This document shows, piece after piece, positions 1-5,407 of a DNA stretch of 10,382 nt; the first letter of the stretch is position 1, and each line of letters starts with the position of its first letter. The notes beneath the pieces were generated by a model that worked only from the letters and a program-made list of their open reading frames with translations, did not search any database and was not told where the DNA came from. The stretch comes from Lachnospiraceae bacterium (GTDB taxonomy: Bacteria; Bacillota; Clostridia; Lachnospirales; Lachnospiraceae), in NCBI GenBank assembly GCA_017548765.1, contig JAFYZH010000101.1, positions 1 through 10,382 of the forward strand, read 5' to 3'. A program made the translations under genes and the position numbers.

Positions 1-35
1 CCTCTTTAAGGTTTTAACGCGTTGACGCGATATAT

Positions 36-51
36 TGTTCCACGTGGAACG
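36..51. promoter_or_regulatory. parS-like ParB binding site, imperfect copy (TGTTCCACGTGGAACG)
   Basis: Matches the 16-bp palindrome seen three more times downstream at 15 of 16 positions. Only the last base differs (G instead of A). Fits the chromosomal parS consensus TGTTNCACGTGAAACA in its core. Confidence 0.7.
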
Positions 52-65
52 TCATGAGAATGTGA

Positions 66-81
66 TGTTCCACGTGGAACA
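66..81. promoter_or_regulatory. parS site (TGTTCCACGTGGAACA), perfect palindrome
   Basis: Perfect 16-bp palindrome that extends to the 18-bp palindrome ATGTTCCACGTGGAACAT (65-82). Matches the ParB/Spo0J parS consensus and lies upstream of parA-parB. Confidence 0.88.
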
Positions 82-113
82 TTTTTTGTTCGCGCGTTTA
101 GATCTGGCTCAGT

Positions 114-122
114 TGATATAAT
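114..122 (+). promoter_or_regulatory. possible extended -10 promoter element TGATATAAT
   Basis: Exact TGnTATAAT at 114-122, located between parS copies 2 and 3. No convincing -35 at 17-bp spacing (TTTAGA at 97-102 has only a 14-bp spacer). The same 9-mer recurs at 322-330. Confidence 0.25.
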
Positions 123-176
123 CGATGACTATTAGTGCCTGGTTATAGAGTAAACAACAGATGATCGTTTTCGCAA

Positions 177-192
177 TGTTCCACGTGGAACA
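177..192. promoter_or_regulatory. parS site (TGTTCCACGTGGAACA), perfect palindrome
   Basis: Identical 16-mer, again within the 18-bp palindrome ATGTTCCACGTGGAACAT (176-193). Confidence 0.88.
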
Positions 193-237
193 TATGATGT
201 CGTATTTCATCCCAACAAGGCCGAATGAACGAAATAA

Positions 238-253
238 TGTTCCACGTGGAACA
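238..253. promoter_or_regulatory. parS site (TGTTCCACGTGGAACA), perfect palindrome
   Basis: Identical 16-mer, again within the 18-bp palindrome ATGTTCCACGTGGAACAT (237-254). It lies about 50 bp upstream of the predicted parA promoter. Confidence 0.88.
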
Positions 254-301
254 TCGACATATTGTAAAAGAGGTGAATTTCGTGAAAATCATCGTTTTTG
301 G

Positions 302-330
302 TGGAAATGAAGCCTTAAACATGATATAAT
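302..330 (+). promoter_or_regulatory. putative sigma-A type promoter of parA-parB
   Basis: -35-like TGGAAA (302-307), 17-bp spacer, extended -10 TGATATAAT (322-330). This gives a ~60-nt leader before GGAG (389-392) and the ATG at 398. Confidence 0.45.
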
Positions 331-397
331 GCTAAATGGAGTAATAATAGACCATGATATCGCCTCTTTTGAGGCAAATTCATAAATTGGAGACACT

Positions 398-1165
398 ATG
401 AGCAGAGTTATAGGAATAGCAAACCAAAAAGGCGGCGTCGGGAAGACGACGACAGCGATCAATCTGTCCGCCTGTTTGGCAGAAAAAGGAAAGAAAGTTC
501 TTTTGATTGACCTGGATCCGCAGGGAAATGCCACGAGCGGTTTCGGCCTGGAGCGTGGAAAGATCGAAAATACGGTATATCAGTTGCTGATCTCGGATGA
601 TTTGAGCATCAAGGACTGTATCCAGAAGGGCGTTCAGGAGAATGTGGACGTTTTGCCTTCGGATGTGAACCTTTCCGGTGCAGAGATCGAATTGATCGGT
701 ATTAAACGTAAGGAGTTCATTCTGAAGAAGAAATTGGAACCGGTACGTGATGATTATGATTTCGTGATCATTGACTGCCCGCCTTCCTTAAATATGTTGA
801 CGGTCAATGCGCTTACGACAGCGGACTCGGTTTTAGTTCCGATCCAGTGCGAGTATTATGCTTTGGAAGGTCTGAGCTTGCTGCTGCATACGATTTCGCT
901 GGTTAAGAAGCGCCTGAACGCATCGCTGGAGGTCGAGGGTGTCGTATTTACCATGTATGACTCTCGTACGAACCTTTCGTTGCAGGTCGTTGAGAATGTT
1001 AAGGATAACCTGAAGCAGAACGTATATAAGACGATCATTCCGAGAAATGTACGTCTGGCAGAGGCTCCCAGCCACGGACTTCCCATCAATAAGTATGATC
1101 CGAAGTCGACAGGAGCGGAGGGATACCGTTCATTGGCCCAGGAAGTAATTGACCGGAAGTTCTGA
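398..1165 (+). CDS. parA: chromosome partitioning ATPase ParA/Soj
   Basis: 255 aa. Deviant Walker A KGGVGKTT near the N-terminus, LIDLDPQGN, IIDCPPSL and PRNVRLAEAPSHG are typical Soj/ParA blocks. GGAG sits 5 nt upstream of the ATG. The gene lies directly upstream of parB and downstream of the parS sites. Confidence 0.97.
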   Translation: MSRVIGIANQKGGVGKTTTAINLSACLAEKGKKVLLIDLDPQGNATSGFGLERGKIENTVYQLLISDDLSIKDCIQKGVQENVDVLPSDVNLSGAEIELIGIKRKEFILKKKLEPVRDDYDFVIIDCPPSLNMLTVNALTTADSVLVPIQCEYYALEGLSLLLHTISLVKKRLNASLEVEGVVFTMYDSRTNLSLQVVENVKDNLKQNVYKTIIPRNVRLAEAPSHGLPINKYDPKSTGAEGYRSLAQEVIDRKF

Positions 1166-1240
1166 TCGTTGGAAAGAGCAACCTGGGAATAATAGAAACA
1201 CTTAAATAGTTAAGCATACGATTAAAAGAAGGAGTATACT

Positions 1241-2191
1241 ATGGCGGTTAAGAGAGGTGGACTTGGTAAGGGTCTGGATAGTTTGATCTCCCTGTCAGAT
1301 GATCTGGATCTGACACCGAAGAAAGAGGAAAAGAGTTCTGCGGCAGAGAAGCCGAAGGAAGTGATCAAAGAAGTTGTGAAGGAGGTCGTGAAGGAAGTTA
1401 AGGTTCACGAGCCTCTGATGGTGAAGCTGCGCGAGATCGAGCCGAACCGCGACCAGCCGCGTAAGGAATTTGATAAGGAGAGTCTGGAGGAACTGAAAGA
1501 CTCTATCGTGCAGTATGGCGTGCTTCAACCCCTGGTCGTAGTGAAGAAGGGGAAGTACTATGAGATCGTTGCCGGCGAGCGACGTTGGCGCGCTGCGAAG
1601 CTGGCCGGACTGAAGGAAGTTCCTGTCATCATTAAGGAACTCAGTGAACGCGAGATCTCAGAAGTATCGTTAATAGAGAATATTCAGCGTGAAAATCTGA
1701 ATCCCATCGATGAGGCGATGGCGTTCCGTCAACTTCTGGACACGTATAGCCTCAAACAGGATGAAGTTGCTACGAAGGTCGGTAAGAGCCGTGTATATAT
1801 CACGAACTCCACGCGCCTGCTTAGATTGCCCGAGAAAGTAAGAGAGTACGTTGCAAATGGCGAACTTTCCACCGGACACGCTAAGGTACTGCTCGGTGTA
1901 GAAGACCCTGCGATCCTGGAGAATCTTGCGAAGGATATCGTAGAGCATAAATTGAGCGTTCGTGATACCGAGAAGCTGGTAAAAGCCGCACTGAATCCGA
2001 AGAAACCGAAGCCGGAAGTAAAATTAGATTATGTAGAGCATTTCGCCCTGCTCCAGGATAAATTGACAAACCGTATGGGCACGAAGGTCGAGATCAAAAG
2101 GAAGAATAATAAGGCCGGAAAGATCGAGATCGCGTACTTCTCAAACGAGGAACTGGAGCGTATTTTGGACATCATCGGTCTGACCGAGTAG
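1241..2191 (+). CDS. parB: chromosome partitioning protein ParB/Spo0J (CTPase, parS-binding)
   Basis: 316 aa. N-terminal RGGLGKGLDSLI ParA-interaction motif, GERRWRAAKLAG box (residues 112-123), helix-turn-helix segment QDEVATKVGKSRVYITNSTRLLRL, and a C-terminal dimerisation region. AAGGAG sits 6 nt upstream of the ATG. Confidence 0.97.
   Translation: MAVKRGGLGKGLDSLISLSDDLDLTPKKEEKSSAAEKPKEVIKEVVKEVVKEVKVHEPLMVKLREIEPNRDQPRKEFDKESLEELKDSIVQYGVLQPLVVVKKGKYYEIVAGERRWRAAKLAGLKEVPVIIKELSEREISEVSLIENIQRENLNPIDEAMAFRQLLDTYSLKQDEVATKVGKSRVYITNSTRLLRLPEKVREYVANGELSTGHAKVLLGVEDPAILENLAKDIVEHKLSVRDTEKLVKAALNPKKPKPEVKLDYVEHFALLQDKLTNRMGTKVEIKRKNNKAGKIEIAYFSNEELERILDIIGLTE
1355..1402 (+). repeat. in-frame 12-nt tandem repeat x4 encoding (K-E-V-x)4 in the ParB N-terminal linker
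   Basis: The codon string aag gaa gtg atc / aaa gaa gtt gtg / aag gag gtc gtg / aag gaa gtt aag gives KEVI KEVV KEVV KEVK (residues 39-54). Confidence 0.8.
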
Positions 2192-2206
2192 GAAAGGAAG
2201 AGAAGC

Positions 2207-2713
2207 ATGGATTCGAAATTGTTTCAGCTCGGGTTCGACCCGATATTCCTGATCATCGTCATCGGCGTATTTGCCGTGGCAGCGCTGGTCGTCGGCCTCA
2301 TCGTATTGTGGAAGAGCGTGAAGATCTGGAAGCGTTACGACCGCTTTATGCGCGGCCGCGACACCCAGTCGCTCGAGGAAGTCATTCACCAGCTGCTCGC
2401 GAACGTTGAGATGCTGATGGACCGTCAGGAAAATATCATCAAGTCCGTGGAGAAACTCACCACGGAGCATAATAATTCATTCAAAAAACACGCGCTGCTT
2501 AAGTACAACGCGTTTAAAGAGGTCGGCGGTAAGCTCAGTTTCTCGCTGGCCATGCTCACCGAGGACAATGATGGCTTCATCCTGACGTGTATGCACGCGA
2601 ACGGACCGAGCTATACGTACTTAAAAGAAATCCTCGGAGGAGAGTCCTATGTCGGACTGTCCACCGAGGAACAGCAGGTGCTGGATGAAGCAATTCATTT
2701 TGAAGCGCTGTAG
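2207..2713 (+). CDS. DUF4446 family membrane protein (conserved ParAB-linked protein of unknown function)
   Basis: 168 aa. It has one N-terminal hydrophobic helix (IFLIIVIGVFAVAALVVGLIVLW), a predicted helical segment, then a C-terminal block LLKYNAFKEVGGKLSFSLAMLTEDNDGFILT that I recognise as the DUF4446 signature. The ATG lies 15 nt after the parB stop and is preceded by GGAAAGGAAGAG. Confidence 0.8.
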   Translation: MDSKLFQLGFDPIFLIIVIGVFAVAALVVGLIVLWKSVKIWKRYDRFMRGRDTQSLEEVIHQLLANVEMLMDRQENIIKSVEKLTTEHNNSFKKHALLKYNAFKEVGGKLSFSLAMLTEDNDGFILTCMHANGPSYTYLKEILGGESYVGLSTEEQQVLDEAIHFEAL

Positions 2714-4617
2714 TTGAAGATCTCCTTCATATATTTCTCCACGATCGCCAGCGGCGCGGGGCCGATGTTTAAGAAAGCATCGTGGAACTGATATTCGTCG
2801 AAACGTTCTCCGAGGAACTCTTCCTGTTCGGTCTTCATGCGGTCGACCTCGAGGAAACCGAGGGCGTAAGGCAGGTAACTGAACGGTAAGGTCGTCATGT
2901 TCTGGTAGAACTGCGAAAGCAACTCGGGGTTCGTGGATGCGGTGATGCCGAAATTCAAGGCCATGAAATCGGAGTACTCTTTGAAGGACCAGCCGCTGTA
3001 GTTGAGGCCCAGGTCGACCAGAGCCAGCATGTTCAGGCTCAGTTGCGAATTGATCGCCAGGAACTTCACGAGCGTGCTGTCGATCCCGTCGATCGCCTCG
3101 AAGGAGAGACGTTCCACGTAGGCTGCCCAGCCTTCCGCATAAGGCAGGTAAAGCAGGGCCGAGCGGATCGCGGCCGGATCCGTCGCAGCATAGTAGGTGC
3201 CCTGCAGCATGTGGCCGGGGTACCCCTCGTGTGCGAGCGTGGTGAACAGGCCGTTCGTTTCGATCGAGCCATTGTTGATGTAGATATTGTTGTGATTTTT
3301 ATAGTCGTCCAACGCCGGGACGATGTAGAACGCCGGCGAAACGCTGCCCTCCATACCTTCGGGTACGTAATGGATCTCATAGGTGCATCCATTTAAGGAC
3401 GGGAAGCGTTCGGCGTAGAAGTCGATCAAATGGGAAACGATGCCGGCGGGATCCTCCGACGGCTGTTTATAGGAGATGGCGGACATGGCCGTGACCGGAG
3501 AGAGGGAAGCGAGCGTCGACAGTTTCGCCTGCAGGTTGCTGTTCGAAGCTTCCAGCGCTGCCTTGATCTCGGCGAGGGACATGTCGGTCGCCAGATAGGC
3601 TTTGCTGTAAGCGGCGATGTAAGCCTCACCGTCCGGCAAATGAACGGCGCCTCCGATGTCCTTACACGACGAGCGCATGCCGTCGAGGGCGGAGACCAGT
3701 TTATCATAGGCCGGGAAGAAGTATTTCTCCAGGGCGTCGCGATGGCGCGCAGTATAGTCGGCGATCTCCGCGTCGGAGAAACAACCGGCTTCGCGCATCA
3801 GCTCCTGAAACGTTTCGTTTAGGTAGAAATCGTCCGGAGTGCCGGCCAGAATGGCGCGCGCCTGTTCGATCACGGTGTCGAGCGCATCTTTACTCATGAA
3901 GATGCCCAGCTCGGCGCGTTTTTGTTCGTAAGCGATGATGTCGTCCGCGAGAGCGGGCAATGCTTCCATCAGCGCCAGATAATCCTCCGCATCCGACGGA
4001 CGGGTGAGCGTGTACTCCGCAAAGTAGATGGGAAGTAGCGAATGGAGACCGCCGGAGGTGTAGAGAGGCTCTGAATAGTAAGCATAGGGTTCCAGGTCTG
4101 CATCGGCGTGCAGGGAGAAATTCAGGATATCATAGGTCACGCGTTGTCTGCGTGTCAGGTCTTCATAAGAAAACTCTGAAAGCGCCTTCAGCGTTTCTTC
4201 GGGAGACAGATAGGTGGAAGCGACCGACGAGAACGGGCCGAAGAAGTTTTTTACTTCGGTAATTCCGTACTCCTCCGGGCGGTGCAGAAGAAAATGCGTG
4301 TTCAAAAGGCCGGACCGGTCTACATATTCGGTAAAGCAGGTCTTCAAAAATTCGTCGAACGCATCCTGCGTCTGCTTTTGCTGATCGGTGTAGGGCGTTT
4401 CATCCGAAGTGAAGTAGGCCTGCGCGATCGAGCGGGAGAGCATGTCCCCGGGGGTCACGGGAGCGCTCGTGGGCTCCGGCAGGGTTTCTGCTTCCGTGGT
4501 CGGGGCGGGCGCATCGGGCTTTTTCTTGCCGCAGGCGCAGAGGCTCGCGGTCAGGAGCAGACATAATATAAAGGAAAACATTCGCCGCGGAAAACGGCGA
4601 TCGAAATGAAAGATCAT
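2695..4617 (-). CDS. DUF885 family lipoprotein (putative secreted metallopeptidase-like protein)
   Basis: The ORF track gives 654 aa from a TTG at 4659. I prefer the ATG at 4617 (640 aa), because GGAGG (4626-4630, minus strand) lies 8 nt upstream of it and nothing comparable precedes the TTG. The N-terminus MIFHFDRRFPRRMFSFILCLLLTASLCAC-G looks like a lipoprotein signal peptide with a lipobox, followed by a Pro/Thr/Ala-rich linker. The HEGYPGHMLQ motif and the ~600-aa length fit DUF885. Confidence 0.85.
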   Translation of the reverse strand: MIFHFDRRFPRRMFSFILCLLLTASLCACGKKKPDAPAPTTEAETLPEPTSAPVTPGDMLSRSIAQAYFTSDETPYTDQQKQTQDAFDEFLKTCFTEYVDRSGLLNTHFLLHRPEEYGITEVKNFFGPFSSVASTYLSPEETLKALSEFSYEDLTRRQRVTYDILNFSLHADADLEPYAYYSEPLYTSGGLHSLLPIYFAEYTLTRPSDAEDYLALMEALPALADDIIAYEQKRAELGIFMSKDALDTVIEQARAILAGTPDDFYLNETFQELMREAGCFSDAEIADYTARHRDALEKYFFPAYDKLVSALDGMRSSCKDIGGAVHLPDGEAYIAAYSKAYLATDMSLAEIKAALEASNSNLQAKLSTLASLSPVTAMSAISYKQPSEDPAGIVSHLIDFYAERFPSLNGCTYEIHYVPEGMEGSVSPAFYIVPALDDYKNHNNIYINNGSIETNGLFTTLAHEGYPGHMLQGTYYAATDPAAIRSALLYLPYAEGWAAYVERLSFEAIDGIDSTLVKFLAINSQLSLNMLALVDLGLNYSGWSFKEYSDFMALNFGITASTNPELLSQFYQNMTTLPFSYLPYALGFLEVDRMKTEQEEFLGERFDEYQFHDAFLNIGPAPLAIVEKYMKEIFNYSASK

Positions 4618-4689
4618 AAAGGATACCTCCGGGTTGGACTTCCGCGACGGAAGGCTCAAATCTGAAAAGGGGGATCTGGTTTCATATAG

Positions 4690-4718
4690 ATTATACTGGA
4701 TATCTCGGAAATAAACAA
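4690..4718 (-). promoter_or_regulatory. putative promoter of the DUF885 gene
   Basis: On the minus strand: -35-like TTGTTT (4713-4718), 17-bp spacer, perfect -10 TATAAT (4690-4695). A small CTTCCG/CGGAAG hairpin (4639-4653) lies in the resulting leader. The -35 is weak. Confidence 0.35.
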
Positions 4719-4731
4719 GGGAGGACGCAAG

Positions 4732-5313
4732 ATGGAGATCGAGCGGAAATATTTGGTGGACTTAAGAGGGATCGATATCGAGGCCTATCCGGCGCAGGAG
4801 CTGGAGCAGGGTTATCTGTCGACCGACCCTGTGGTGCGGGTGCGCCGCGAGGGCGACGCCTACTACCTGACCTATAAGAGCGGGAACGGCCTGGTGCGTG
4901 TGGAGGAGAACCTGCCGCTCACACAGGAGAGCTACGAGCATCTGCTGGCGAAGGCCGACGGCTATGTGATCACGAAGAGACGCTATCGCATCCCCGTGGA
5001 GGCCTTCCTCGACGAAGAAGAGCTGCGGGCAAATGTGGATACTGTATACAAGGCAGAACTCACCGAAAGCAAAGAGGATAGCGGGGAGGATCCACATTTA
5101 CCCGATGGAAAGACCGTGGAACTGGATGTATTTTCCGGGGAGTTCGAAGGCATGGTCGTGGCGGAGATCGAATTTCCCACGAAGGAAGCCGCGGACGCGT
5201 TTGAGATGCCGAAACGGTTCTACAAAGAGGTCACATTCGACCCTCGTTACATCAACGCCGAAATGAGCAAAAACGGACGCGCCGACCTGGGTGATGAGGC
5301 GCTGGAAGCCTGA
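4732..5313 (+). CDS. CYTH domain protein (triphosphate tunnel metalloenzyme family)
   Basis: 193 aa. The N-terminal MEIERKYLV carries the ExExK signature of the CYTH/TTM family. QGYL, RVR, KRRYRI, ELDVFSGEFEGMVVAEIEF and EVTFDPRYINAEM match the conserved strand pattern. GGGAGGA sits 6 nt upstream of the ATG. Confidence 0.85.
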   Translation: MEIERKYLVDLRGIDIEAYPAQELEQGYLSTDPVVRVRREGDAYYLTYKSGNGLVRVEENLPLTQESYEHLLAKADGYVITKRRYRIPVEAFLDEEELRANVDTVYKAELTESKEDSGEDPHLPDGKTVELDVFSGEFEGMVVAEIEFPTKEAADAFEMPKRFYKEVTFDPRYINAEMSKNGRADLGDEALEA

Positions 5314-5319
5314 AAATAC

Positions 5320-5348
5320 TTGACAATGAAGGTGCCCGGGATTACAAT
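5320..5348 (+). promoter_or_regulatory. near-consensus sigma-A type promoter upstream of metG
   Basis: TTGACA (5320-5325), exactly 17-bp spacer, TACAAT (5343-5348). The predicted leader is about 50 nt and ends in AGGAGG (5391-5396) before the ATG at 5408. Confidence 0.6.
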
Positions 5349-5407
5349 AAAATTTAAGGCACTTCAGGTGCCGGGTTTAATGGATACTTAAGGAGGAAAC
5401 AGCACAC

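Noticed and set aside
161-310. A 49-aa plus-strand ORF (ATG at 161, TGA at 308-310) that reads through parS copies 3 and 4.
   Set aside because: There is no Shine-Dalgarno sequence upstream. The sequence is dominated by the parS palindromes, and the peptide has no features. It is more likely a chance ORF in a regulatory region.
282-329. A 15-codon mini-ORF (GTG at 282; MKIIVFGGNEALNMI) preceded by AGAGGTGA.
   Set aside because: The RBS-like sequence is suggestive. However, the ORF overlaps the predicted parA -35 and -10 elements and lies upstream of the predicted transcription start. It is too short to evaluate without conservation or ribosome-profiling data.
362-375. GCCTC-TTTT-GAGGC hairpin in the parA leader.
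   Set aside because: The stem is only 5 bp and is not followed by a U-run on either strand. There is no evidence of function.
1-397. Searched the leader for DnaA boxes (TTATCCACA / TGTGGATAA) and an AT-rich unwinding element that would mark oriC.
   Set aside because: By eye, no 9-mer within one mismatch of the DnaA box was found. The TTCCAC cores belong to the parS palindromes. The region is better explained as a centromere plus promoter.
289-534. An 81-aa minus-strand ORF that overlaps the parA start and promoter.
   Set aside because: It overlaps the Walker-A-encoding part of parA in antisense. It has no RBS and no recognisable domain, and it would start inside parA.
3043-4566. Plus-strand ORFs of 117, 130 and 94 aa (3043-3396, 3430-3822, 4282-4566) and minus-strand off-frame ORFs inside the DUF885 gene.
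   Set aside because: They are embedded antisense or out of frame in a 640-aa gene that has a coherent signal peptide and the DUF885 motif. Their composition is Arg/Gly-rich, as is typical of non-coding frames in GC-rich DNA.
4618-4659. The 14-codon N-terminal extension (TTG start) of the DUF885 ORF as given in the ORF track.
   Set aside because: There is no RBS before the TTG. The downstream ATG at 4617 has GGAGG at ideal spacing and yields a canonical lipoprotein signal peptide.
5326-5391. A 21-codon uORF (MKVPGITIKFKALQVPGLMDT) whose TAA stop overlaps the metG Shine-Dalgarno sequence.
   Set aside because: It has no RBS and begins inside the predicted metG promoter spacer, so it would be absent from the main metG transcript. 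It could only be translated on read-through RNA from the CYTH gene.
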